DNA of 54,911 bases, from the NCBI GenBank assembly GCA_049583305.1, contig JBAUVQ010000204.1:1-54911 (forward strand), given 5' to 3'. The DNA comes from Methylocystis sp. (lineage in GTDB: Bacteria; Pseudomonadota; Alphaproteobacteria; Rhizobiales; Beijerinckiaceae). The position numbers and the translations under genes were made by a program. The stretch's first letter is position 1. Every line of letters starts with the position of its first letter. Below, piece by piece: positions 41,741 to 50,553 of this stretch. The notes under the pieces were generated by a model. It had not been told where the DNA came from and searched no databases. It saw only the letters and a program-made list of their open reading frames with translations.

Positions 41741-42565
41741 ATGTCGAAAGATAAGAGCGTGCTGGTTTGCGGCATCGGTGAAGTCGCCTCCGCGACGGCG
41801 CGCCGCCTTTTCATTGAAGGCTACGCGGTGGCGATGCACCACCCGCCGCCACCGCGCCTCTTGCGCCGGCGCATGTGTTTCGTTGACGCTTGGTTCGACG
41901 CGCGGGCGCAACTCGATGGAGTCGAAGCGCGGCGCGCGGACGTGGCTTCGGAGTTTCTGCTCGGCCTGCAGACGCGCAAGTTCATTCCTCTGCTAAGGAC
42001 AGGATTAGCCGACGTGCTGGAGCGCTGGCCGTGGGATATAATCGTCGCGGCGCGAGAGCAGGGTTCGGCGCCGCCGATGTCGCTTCGAAATCTTTGCGAG
42101 TTGTCGATCGGCATGGGAGAAGGCTACGTCGCCGGCGAAGACTGCGATCTCGTGGTCGAGACCGAAGGCCTGGACCCGGGCGCGATCCTGCGCAAGGGCG
42201 ATCGTCGCCGGGCGCGGCGGCCTGGCGCCTCGACCGGCGCGTCCCACCACCGCGAGGTGCTCGCGCCGCGTCCCGGCCTATTCCACGCCTGCGTATCGAT
42301 CGGCGAAACGGTAACAGCCGGCGAAATGCTCGGCGCCGTTAACGATTTCCCCGTCGTCGCGGAGGTCGCGGGGCGAGTCAAGGGTATCGCGCGCAACGAG
42401 CAAGCCGTGCGGCAAGGCGCGGCGATCGTTGAAATCGCGCTATCCCGCAACGCGCGAGTCGCCGGAATCAGCGAACATTGCCAGTTGATTTCCCGCGGGG
42501 TCGCCTTCGTGGTCGAAGAGGAAGCCGAGGGCTGGGAGCCGTTCTCGCTGGAGAACTGGCTCTGA
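41741..42565 (+). CDS. YqeB-like molybdenum hydroxylase accessory protein (paralog 2)
   Basis: LVCGIGEVASATARRLF, LRRRMCFVDAWFD, IGMGEGYVAGEDCDLVVET, SIGETVTAG, AGRVKGIAR. Confidence 0.78.
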   Translation: MSKDKSVLVCGIGEVASATARRLFIEGYAVAMHHPPPPRLLRRRMCFVDAWFDARAQLDGVEARRADVASEFLLGLQTRKFIPLLRTGLADVLERWPWDIIVAAREQGSAPPMSLRNLCELSIGMGEGYVAGEDCDLVVETEGLDPGAILRKGDRRRARRPGASTGASHHREVLAPRPGLFHACVSIGETVTAGEMLGAVNDFPVVAEVAGRVKGIARNEQAVRQGAAIVEIALSRNARVAGISEHCQLISRGVAFVVEEEAEGWEPFSLENWL

Positions 42566-42610
42566 GCCGGACTTGGGACTCGCCTCGAACGCGCATTGGC
42601 CACGCCGGAC

Positions 42611-44110
42611 TCAAGACGCCTGTATCGCCGCATTCGGCAATCCCGCCTGATAGCGAGCCCACATCGCGCGAAACAACGATTCGAGCGCGAGCGTATAGGC
42701 CGTCACGTCGAAGAGCGGCGCGCTCGCGCTGTTGTCGGCGAGTTTCCGTCTCAAGGCAGCGTATCGCGCCGGGTCCGTGGCGAGCGCGAGGGCAAGATCG
42801 AAATAATCCTCCGAGTCCTCGACGATCAGTTCCGGAAGACCCGCCGCATGCAGCAGGCTTCCGGCGACGCGCGACGGGAAAGTCGCGCCCGGCCGCGTCA
42901 CGAGAAGCGTGCCGGCCCACAGCGCGTCGCTGGCCGTTGTATGCGCGCCATAGGGCGCCGTGTCGAGCACGAGGTCGGCGAGTTGCAACCGGCCGAGATG
43001 ACGCGCCTGCGTTACGTCGGGGGCGAACACGAGACGCCGGCCATCGACGCCGCGCTGTCGCGCCTCGTTGCGCAAATTGCCCTCGGCTTCGCGCGCGGCG
43101 AGAAGCCAAAGCACGCTACCCGGCACGGCGTCCAGCAGCCGGCACCAGACGTCGAACACCGCCGGGGTAAATTTAAACGCCTGGTTGAAACAGCAATAAA
43201 CAAAGCCCTCTTCCGGCAGGCCGACTTCCGCGCGGCTCGGCGCGAGGCCTATCGCGCCGAGCCGCCCTCGTGGTTGATAGCAGTGCGGAAGATAGGCGAA
43301 GGATTCGGCGAAATCGGCGGCGCTGGCGCGCGGCGTGACGAAAGCATCGGTGACGATGTAGTCGCACAGATCCACGCCGAGCGTTCCGGGATAGCCAAGA
43401 TAGTTCACCTGCAGCGGCGCTGGACGCAAAGCAAGGATCGACGTGCGCGTCTGTCGGGTGAAGCCTTTTAGATCGATCAGAATATGGACACCGTCGGCGT
43501 GGATGGCCCGCGCGGCCTCGACGTCCGAGAGCCGGCCAATGTCACGGAAATGATCGAAGGCGCGCCTCAGCCGCGGGCGCATCGCCTTGCCATCATCCGC
43601 GCCATAGGAATAGGCGTAAAGCTCAAAGAGCCCACGATCCTGCGCTTCCAACACTTCGACGAGCAACAGCGCCGTCGCGTGATCGTGAAAATCGTTGGAG
43701 AGATAGCCGAGCCGGATTTTTTTTGGCGCTGCCGCCGCATGGCGAAAAGCGAGCAGATCGCGATCGGGCGTTGCGGCCGCGAGCCGCTTGCGCATCCAAA
43801 GATCCGAACAGGCGCGCTGTTCGCCGGCCGTCACGCCCGGTTCCGATAAGAGCAGGAAGGGCGGCAGGAGTTCGCCGTCGGGATCGGCCAGCCGCGCTCG
43901 CACAAAGGCTTCGCGCGCTTCGAACTCATCCCACTCGCACATGTGGCGGCTTCGAACAAAGGATCGCATCGCGTCTTTCCGGCCAGGCCGCCCGACGCGA
44001 AAGCTAGGCCGGGGAATACCGGCGCGCCGCGCTTGCGCTAAAGCGACTCCAAGCAATCGGCGAGCCAAGGCTTGTCTCGTCGATAACCTGTTTCGCCGAA
44101 TGTCGAACAA
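42611..44110 (-). CDS. O-GlcNAc transferase/SPINDLY-like glycosyltransferase (GT41), no TPR array
   Basis: IRLGYLSNDFHDHAT, ILIDLKGFT, RPAPLQVNYLGYPGT, FNQAFK, DLVLDTAPYGAHTTASDALWAG, SRVAGSLL; start uncertain. Confidence 0.88.
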   Translation of the reverse strand: MFDIRRNRLSTRQALARRLLGVALAQARRAGIPRPSFRVGRPGRKDAMRSFVRSRHMCEWDEFEAREAFVRARLADPDGELLPPFLLLSEPGVTAGEQRACSDLWMRKRLAAATPDRDLLAFRHAAAAPKKIRLGYLSNDFHDHATALLLVEVLEAQDRGLFELYAYSYGADDGKAMRPRLRRAFDHFRDIGRLSDVEAARAIHADGVHILIDLKGFTRQTRTSILALRPAPLQVNYLGYPGTLGVDLCDYIVTDAFVTPRASAADFAESFAYLPHCYQPRGRLGAIGLAPSRAEVGLPEEGFVYCCFNQAFKFTPAVFDVWCRLLDAVPGSVLWLLAAREAEGNLRNEARQRGVDGRRLVFAPDVTQARHLGRLQLADLVLDTAPYGAHTTASDALWAGTLLVTRPGATFPSRVAGSLLHAAGLPELIVEDSEDYFDLALALATDPARYAALRRKLADNSASAPLFDVTAYTLALESLFRAMWARYQAGLPNAAIQAS

Positions 44111-44117
44111 TCCTCCG

Positions 44118-44510
44118 CTAGGTTCGAATGCAACTGTCCGTCACCGGCTGCCGCGTCGGCGCGAGGCCGATCCAGGCGTCGACGAGCTCCATGTCGAAAC
44201 CGACTTCGCGCCGCTCACCAACGCGCATCAAGGGGCGGCGAATGAGAAGAGGATCGGCGAGCATTAATTCGATCGCCGTTCCGCTCGAAAGCCGTCTTGG
44301 ATCGATCTCGCCCGACTTCACTCGCGGCGAGGCCATGTTGAACCATTGTTCCACCGGACGCGCGCCGAAGTACCGCAGCAGCTCCGCCGAGCTCCACGGC
44401 TCCGAGAGCAGGCTGCGCGCCTCGACCTCGTGACCGGAGGCCGCCAGCAACGCTTTTTGCCGGGCGTTGCCGCCGCAGCCGGGCTTTTCGAAGAAAATCA
44501 CATGCGCCAT
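44118..44510 (-). CDS. ArsC-family nitrogenase-associated protein (NifO/DraB-like)
   Basis: IFFEKPGCGGNARQKALL...SGH, WFNMASPRVKSGE, PLLIRRPLM, GFD. Confidence 0.88.
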   Translation of the reverse strand: MAHVIFFEKPGCGGNARQKALLAASGHEVEARSLLSEPWSSAELLRYFGARPVEQWFNMASPRVKSGEIDPRRLSSGTAIELMLADPLLIRRPLMRVGERREVGFDMELVDAWIGLAPTRQPVTDSCIRT

Positions 44511-44514
44511 GAGA

Positions 44515-44871
44515 TCACCATGAACCTCCTGCTTCGACCAAGTTTTGGGACGAAGCGTCGCCAAATCGCGCCAGTGCGCGCGCCAGCTCGACCGTTTCGC
44601 CCCAATCCAGCGCGACGTCGGCGAAACCTTCGAGCGTAATGACGACGCCGCGGTTTTCGACGTTGGCGGAAAATTCTCGGTCGCTGGCGATGGGGCTCAT
44701 GTAAATGCGTCGCTCCACGCTCTTCGCCGCGACGACCGCGGCGAGCGCCAGCGCGACGATCGACGCCTCTTGCGCCGTGAACCGCCGCGGCGGCTGGCCG
44801 GCGACCGACAATGTCACCAATCGGCCAAATGCCGGGTGTTGCGTCGACGCAAGGGCGAAATTGTGCGACAC
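44515..44871 (-). CDS. Hypothetical protein
   Basis: 118-aa ORF with globular-looking composition; its 3' end carries the GGAGG RBS of the ArsC-like gene. Confidence 0.65.
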   Translation of the reverse strand: MSHNFALASTQHPAFGRLVTLSVAGQPPRRFTAQEASIVALALAAVVAAKSVERRIYMSPIASDREFSANVENRGVVITLEGFADVALDWGETVELARALARFGDASSQNLVEAGGSW

Positions 44872-44994
44872 GTTTGCTCTCTTCCGCCGCGAGGCCTTGC
44901 TTCGACCGACGCAACATTTTGAATTGACTTGAATTCCGCTCTAGCTCCGCGACGGGCGCCCTTTTTGAATTAGGGAAGCTCGCGAGGAGAGCCG

Positions 44995-46656
44995 ATGACG
45001 GAAACCGAAATCAAAATCCGTGCCCAGTCGAGCGTCGAACATTCGCTCGACCCCGACGCCTTGCCTAGCGACATTCGGGCCTACCATAAACGCACCAAGC
45101 ACGCGCCGGCGCGCTACGCGCTGGGGCCAGCCTTTCTCGACTGGACCTCGCAGCCCCTGCCCTTTCGCCGCTTCACCGGAGCGCCGTTGATTGAACTGCC
45201 GCTGCGCGATCGCGAGGAGACGGCGCTCTTCCCGGGCCCCGCGCCGCGTCCCGCCCCGCTCGGCCGCGTGGCGCTCGGTCTTTTCCTGGAACTCGGCTTC
45301 GGCCTCAGCGCCTGGAAGAGCTACGAAGGCTCCACTTGGGCGCTGCGCAACAATCCCTCTTCCGGCAATCTACATCCGACCGAAATCTACCTTCTCAGCA
45401 ACGCCGCCGACGGATTCGGAGAGGTCGCCGCGCTCCATCATTACGCGCCCGAAATCCATTCCCTGGAACGGCGCGCCGCCTTCGAAGCCGCTGTCATCTT
45501 GCCCGAGGGCGGCTTTCTGCTCGCATTGAGTTCCATCCCCTGGCGCGAGAGCTGGAAGTATGGCGAGCGCGCCTTTCGCTATTGCCAGCTCGACGTCGGC
45601 CATGCGATCGCCGCCGCCGCGCAGGCCGCTGGCGCGCTCGGCTGGCGTGCGCATTTGCTATGCGAACCCGCCGACGCGGAGATCGCCGCGCTGCTCGGCC
45701 TTGATCGCCCCGACGCCGCGCATCGGCGCGAGGAGGAGCATCCCGACGCGCTCTTGTGGATCGCGACCGATTGGAACGCGCCGCCCGCCCTCGACTTGTC
45801 CGGCCTCGCGCGCGCGCCGCGGCAATGGATGGGCGCCGCCAATCGCCTGAGCGAGGATCACGACGGCTGGCCGCTCGTCGACCGGGCGGCGCGGCTGTGC
45901 GTCAAGTCCAGCACGCCGCCTTTGGCGCCTGGGTCGCGCGATGCGCCGAAACCCCAGTTCCGCTTCCCGCTGCCAGACATCGGGCGCGTGGTGCGGCGAC
46001 GACGTAGCGCGCAGCGCATGGACGGCGTCGCGATACTGTCTCGCGAGGCTTTCAGCGCCATGCTGACGGCGACGCTGCCCGGCGCCGAGCCTTGCCTCGC
46101 GCCATTCCTCTGGCCGCCTCGCCTCGTTCTCCTGATTTTCGTCCATCGCGTCGAGGATGTGGAGCCGGGCTTATATCTCCTGCGGCGCGGCGCGGACACC
46201 ACGACGCGGCTGCGCGCGGCGACCGCGCCGGAGTTTCCCTGGACGCCAATCGAGATCGGGGCGCTTAGTTTGTTCCGCCTGCGTCATGGCTGCGTTGAAC
46301 GCGAAGCGACGATGAACGCCTGCCGCCAGCCGATCGCCGGCAAGGGGTGTTTCTCCGTCGCGATGATCGCTGACTTCGACAAGACGATCGCCGAGGATGG
46401 CGGCTTCGGCTACCGGCGGCTGCATTGGGAGGCCGGCGCGATTGGCCAGGCGCTCTACCTTTGGGCGACCGCCGTTGGCCTCGCGGGCACGGGAATTGGC
46501 TGCTTCTTCGACGACGAAATCCATGCGCTGCTGGGTCTTCCGACGGACAAGGACGCGTTTCAGGACGTTTATCACTTCACCGTCGGCGCGCCCCTGGAAG
46601 ACCAGCGCATGCTGACTCTCCCCGCCTACCCCGAAGAGATGCGCGAACGAACATGA
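44995..46656 (+). CDS. SagB/ThcOx-type tandem nitroreductase-fold FMN oxidoreductase
   Basis: YHKRTKH, LDWTSQP, LRNNPSSGNLHPTE, WKYGERAFRYCQLDVGH, RRRSAQ, EAGAIGQALYL, TGIGCFFDD. Confidence 0.9.
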   Translation: MTETEIKIRAQSSVEHSLDPDALPSDIRAYHKRTKHAPARYALGPAFLDWTSQPLPFRRFTGAPLIELPLRDREETALFPGPAPRPAPLGRVALGLFLELGFGLSAWKSYEGSTWALRNNPSSGNLHPTEIYLLSNAADGFGEVAALHHYAPEIHSLERRAAFEAAVILPEGGFLLALSSIPWRESWKYGERAFRYCQLDVGHAIAAAAQAAGALGWRAHLLCEPADAEIAALLGLDRPDAAHRREEEHPDALLWIATDWNAPPALDLSGLARAPRQWMGAANRLSEDHDGWPLVDRAARLCVKSSTPPLAPGSRDAPKPQFRFPLPDIGRVVRRRRSAQRMDGVAILSREAFSAMLTATLPGAEPCLAPFLWPPRLVLLIFVHRVEDVEPGLYLLRRGADTTTRLRAATAPEFPWTPIEIGALSLFRLRHGCVEREATMNACRQPIAGKGCFSVAMIADFDKTIAEDGGFGYRRLHWEAGAIGQALYLWATAVGLAGTGIGCFFDDEIHALLGLPTDKDAFQDVYHFTVGAPLEDQRMLTLPAYPEEMRERT

Positions 46657-48350
46657 ACATTCAAATCGAAAGACCGCATGTCGAAGCGTTGATCGCGCGC
46701 TTTCCAGCCCATGCCGGGCTGTCGTCGCAACTGCGCTTCGGCGACAGAGTTGAACTCGATCTCTCGCATCTCTCCGGCGCCGAATTCGACTTCCTCGAAG
46801 AACTCTACCAGCAATCTGGCCCCGAATTGCGCGCCAGAGCCGCGCAGCTCGCGACGCTGCGCACGGCGCTGGACGCACGGGGCAAGCGCTTCGAAGCCGG
46901 CGATCTCGAGGACGTGCTGCCGGCGTTGGTCCAGTATCTGACGACCGACGCGCTACGCGGTTGGCTGTTCACTGCAAGCGTCGCCGCCAAGGCGCTGCCA
47001 TACGTCGTGACACGTTTCGATTACGTGCCGGCCTCCAACGACGAAGCCGGTAAGATCCTGATCGAACTAAGGGCCAACGCCAAGGGCACGCTGCAAACCA
47101 ATCTCGTGCGCGTCATGGCGCCCGAGATCGCTGGCAGGACCGTCGGCGAAATTCTCGCCGCGAAGGGTTTTTTGCGCGAGACGCCGGCCCTGATCGAGGC
47201 ATTCGACGCGGCTAGCGAGACCTATTTCGACTGGCGTGGGCGCTACGGGGCGCAGTTTTCCGGCAAGGGCATGGGCTTTCACGCCGAGGATCCCAATTCC
47301 ACGCATCGCGACACGGATTGGACGCGCAAGGACGTCATCGTGCTCTCGACTAGCGGCGGGGACGCGCGGCTCGTAAACGACGAGGCGGTGCTCTCGACGC
47401 GCAGTCTAACGCTGGAAGCATCCGGCGACGTGCTCGGACATTTTTTGCGCAAGGCCGGCAAAAGCAACAATTTTTCGGGGGAGGAGGAAATCGCGGAAAT
47501 TCGCTCGCGAATTCCTCCTGGACTCTTCACGCAAATTCCAGTTCACCCCTACATTCTGATGTTCCACCTCGATCTGCATCATCACGTCTGGGTGCATGTC
47601 GACGAGATGCGGCCCTATCGCTATCAGCCCGAATTGAAGAACAAGCTGGTGCTGCCGGAGGAACAGACCGACCTCATCGACATACTGACCGCCGAGATGG
47701 ACGTGCTGATGGATGACATCGTGCAAGGCAAATCCGGCGGAACAACCGTGCTCTGCGCCGGCCCGCCCGGCGTCGGCAAGACGCTGACCGCGGAAGTCTA
47801 TTCGGAGATCATCCAGCGTCCTTTGTACCGCGTGCACTCTGGGCAATTGGGCCTCAACGTCACGACGATGGAGACGGCGTTGAAAGAGATTTTGACCAGG
47901 GCCCAGCGCTGGGGCGCGGTGATGCTGATCGACGAGGCCGACGTCTACATCAAGCGGCGTGACGACAATATCGCCATGAACGCCGTCGTCGGCGTTTTTC
48001 TGCGCGTGCTTGAATATTTCAACGGCCTGCTATTCCTGACGACCAACCGCGTCGACGACATCGACGAGGCGATCGTCTCGCGCTGCATCGCGCTGATCAA
48101 ATATAATCCGCCCGACGCCGAGGCGAAGCGCCGCATCTGGCGCGTCATGTCGGAACAGTTCGGACTCAACGTCGACGACGCGCTGATCGGCGAATTGGTC
48201 GAGATTTTCCCGGCGGCCACGGGACGCGATATAAAGGGGCTCACGAAACTCACGGCGAAATTCTGCCATCAGAAAAGCGTGCCGCCGAGCCTCGCCGTGT
48301 TCCGCCGCTGCGCGATCTTTCGCGGCCTCGATACGGCCCATGTGGCCTGA
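46653..48350 (+). CDS. AAA+ family ATPase
   Basis: Walker A GPPGVGKT, Walker B MLIDEAD, FLRVLEYFNGLLFLTTNR, IVSR; ATGA overlap with the upstream stop. Confidence 0.9.
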   Translation: MNIQIERPHVEALIARFPAHAGLSSQLRFGDRVELDLSHLSGAEFDFLEELYQQSGPELRARAAQLATLRTALDARGKRFEAGDLEDVLPALVQYLTTDALRGWLFTASVAAKALPYVVTRFDYVPASNDEAGKILIELRANAKGTLQTNLVRVMAPEIAGRTVGEILAAKGFLRETPALIEAFDAASETYFDWRGRYGAQFSGKGMGFHAEDPNSTHRDTDWTRKDVIVLSTSGGDARLVNDEAVLSTRSLTLEASGDVLGHFLRKAGKSNNFSGEEEIAEIRSRIPPGLFTQIPVHPYILMFHLDLHHHVWVHVDEMRPYRYQPELKNKLVLPEEQTDLIDILTAEMDVLMDDIVQGKSGGTTVLCAGPPGVGKTLTAEVYSEIIQRPLYRVHSGQLGLNVTTMETALKEILTRAQRWGAVMLIDEADVYIKRRDDNIAMNAVVGVFLRVLEYFNGLLFLTTNRVDDIDEAIVSRCIALIKYNPPDAEAKRRIWRVMSEQFGLNVDDALIGELVEIFPAATGRDIKGLTKLTAKFCHQKSVPPSLAVFRRCAIFRGLDTAHVA

Positions 48351-48454
48351 CGCCGAGGACAAAGAAATCGTCGCGAGACGCCAAAGCTTGGCTGTGCGCA
48401 ACGTCGCCTTTTATCGATCACGGCCCGAATCTTGCTGCCGAGCGAATTACATTC

Positions 48455-48832
48455 GTGGCCAACCATCCGGAGCACCCACGTTCGTTCGCGGCGCATGTTA
48501 GGAAGATGCGGACGATCATGGCGGCGGATCTGAATACGGATTGGAGGGACGCCGACTTGGCTAAGCTCATGCCTTCCATCGAAGACGACCGTGATTGGCG
48601 TCTCGAGGTCAACACGCGGAGGATAGCCGACCACCACGACAAGACGGCCAATCCGACCCACGCCGATTACGACGAGACCCTGTACTGTCTCTTCGAAACA
48701 TGGATGCAACGAACGGACTTGGTTGCTCCCTCCGCAGCGGTCGACAAGACGCCGGTCGGCGAGACCACAAATGTAGGGCGCGAACATTATCCTACGCTAA
48801 ACGCGACGAAATTCGTCTATTTGGATATGTAA
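48455..48832 (+). CDS. Hypothetical protein or gene fragment
   Basis: Coding-like codon usage, no clear RBS, no recognised motif. Confidence 0.4.
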   Translation: MANHPEHPRSFAAHVRKMRTIMAADLNTDWRDADLAKLMPSIEDDRDWRLEVNTRRIADHHDKTANPTHADYDETLYCLFETWMQRTDLVAPSAAVDKTPVGETTNVGREHYPTLNATKFVYLDM

Positions 48833-48912
48833 CGGATGTCGGGATCGCGCAGGGTCGCCTGCCCTTGACCGCGCCACCCGTCACCGCGACTGATCAAGGA
48901 GGTTTAAGGGCC

Positions 48913-49338
48913 GTGACGACGACCACTCTCGACAATTCCATATCGATCTATGAACGAATCGGCGGCCTCGCCACGGTCGACCGCCTCGTCGAGACCTTTT
49001 ACCGCGCCATGGACGAACTGCCGGAAGCCCGCGGCATCCGCGCGATTCACGCCGAAGACCTCGGGCCGACGCGGGCGATCCTCAAAGTTTATCTCGCGGA
49101 ATGGCTCGGCGGACCCAAGGACTATTCGGCGAAAAAGGGGCACCCGCGCCTGCGCATGCGTCACGGGCATCTAAGGATCGGTCCAGCAGAGCGCGACGCC
49201 TGGATGCTATGCATGGACGGCGCGCTGGACGCGACGATCGCGGACGCTGAAGTTCGCGAAAGTCTGCGCGAAAATCTCGCCAAACTCGCCGATTGGATGC
49301 GCAACGATCCCGACAACGCGCATGACCAGCGCAAATGA
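48913..49338 (+). CDS. Group II truncated hemoglobin
   Basis: YERIGG, LVETFY, WLGGPKDY, GHPRLRMRH, IGPAERDAWMLCM; AAGGAGG RBS. Confidence 0.92.
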   Translation: MTTTTLDNSISIYERIGGLATVDRLVETFYRAMDELPEARGIRAIHAEDLGPTRAILKVYLAEWLGGPKDYSAKKGHPRLRMRHGHLRIGPAERDAWMLCMDGALDATIADAEVRESLRENLAKLADWMRNDPDNAHDQRK

Positions 49339-49359
49339 GCGCGGAACAGGAATGACGCC

Positions 49360-49896
49360 ATGCGGAAGACGATGACCATCGTGGCGCTGACGCTGAGCAT
49401 TGGCGTCACCCACGCCGAACGCGCGGCGGACTCCATGGCCGACCATATGTCGATGCATATGTCGACGCCGGACACCCGAAAGGTTCTGGATTGGCCCGCG
49501 CCGATGCGCGCGCACCTCCTTTCCAACATGCGCGGTCATCTCGAAGCGCTCTGGCTCATCATGGCGGCCCTGTCGGCGGGCGACGGCGCCAAAGCCGGCC
49601 AGATCGCCAAGGACAGGCTGGGCCTCGAGTCGCCCGGCGCCGGAGCTTGTGCCCCCGAGCAAGGCAAGAAGGTGAGTACGCGCGACGACATGGCGTCCAT
49701 GATGGCGATGCATCAATCAGCGTTGATGCCTGACGAGATGAAGGCGCTTGGCTACGCCATGCACGAATCGGCGAGTAAATTCGCGGTCGACGCCGCCGTG
49801 GTCAAGCCGGGCGCGGACAGGTCGGCCGCGCTCGCGTCCCTGTCGCATGTTGTAGAAAATTGCGTCGCCTGCCATGCGGCCTATCGGCTGAAGTGA
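49360..49896 (+). CDS. Periplasmic cytochrome c (class II/c'-like)
   Basis: Signal peptide, helical body, C-terminal CVACHAAYR. Confidence 0.82.
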   Translation: MRKTMTIVALTLSIGVTHAERAADSMADHMSMHMSTPDTRKVLDWPAPMRAHLLSNMRGHLEALWLIMAALSAGDGAKAGQIAKDRLGLESPGAGACAPEQGKKVSTRDDMASMMAMHQSALMPDEMKALGYAMHESASKFAVDAAVVKPGADRSAALASLSHVVENCVACHAAYRLK

Positions 49897-49906
49897 GACG
49901 TTCGCT

Positions 49907-50524
49907 TCAAACGCGATACCCCTCTTCGGCCAGCACCTGCCGCACGGCCGGGCGCGTCTTCATGCGCTCATAGTGCGCTCGGCAATTGCGTGGCAGCGTC
50001 ATGCCGATCTTGTCCGCCCAAAACTCCACATAAAACAGCGCTGCGTCGGCGATCGAAAAGCCTCCCGCCACATAGTCTTTTCCCGCGAGTTCCGCATCGA
50101 CCGCGATCAGGGCCGAAGCGACAATCTCATGTCCCTCCGCCTTGATAGCCTCCAAGTTGGAAAGACGCTCGGCATAGCGCTCCGGCGTAAATACTCGGCG
50201 AAAGCCCTCGCCATGGATGTGCTGCACGCAAAAATGCATCGTGGCCAGCGCGACATGTCGAGCGCCGTCGCTTTCAGGCAGCAGCTCGCGGCGAGGATAA
50301 GCCCCGGCAAGCCAGTTGGCGATCGACAGAAAATCGGTCAGCGCAACGCCGTCGTCACGCAGAAGAGTTGGGATCGTACCGTGCGGATTGATCGCCAAAT
50401 ATTCCGGCTTCAGATGATCGCCCTTGATCAGATTGACGATATGCGCTTCGAAACCGAGCCCTATCTCTTCGAGCAGGATATGGATGCCGGTCGAGCAGGA
50501 GCCAGGCGTCATATAGAATTTCAT
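49907..50524 (-). CDS. Glutathione S-transferase family protein
   Basis: MKFYMTPGSCS, HILLEEIG, INPHGTIPTL, FSIADAALFY, RPAV. Confidence 0.92.
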   Translation of the reverse strand: MKFYMTPGSCSTGIHILLEEIGLGFEAHIVNLIKGDHLKPEYLAINPHGTIPTLLRDDGVALTDFLSIANWLAGAYPRRELLPESDGARHVALATMHFCVQHIHGEGFRRVFTPERYAERLSNLEAIKAEGHEIVASALIAVDAELAGKDYVAGGFSIADAALFYVEFWADKIGMTLPRNCRAHYERMKTRPAVRQVLAEEGYRV

Positions 50525-50553
50525 ACGCGGCTCGCTTCGCTCTTTGATGGATC

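Noticed and set aside
39353..42565. Selenocysteine read-through fusing genes in the YqeB module
   Set aside because: The genes after the two yqeB-proximal TGA stops checked are in a different frame or absent, each has its own start signal, and I saw no SECIS-like element or sel genes
44995..48350. Azole-containing RiPP biosynthetic cluster
   Set aside because: No YcaO, precursor peptide, protease or exporter visible
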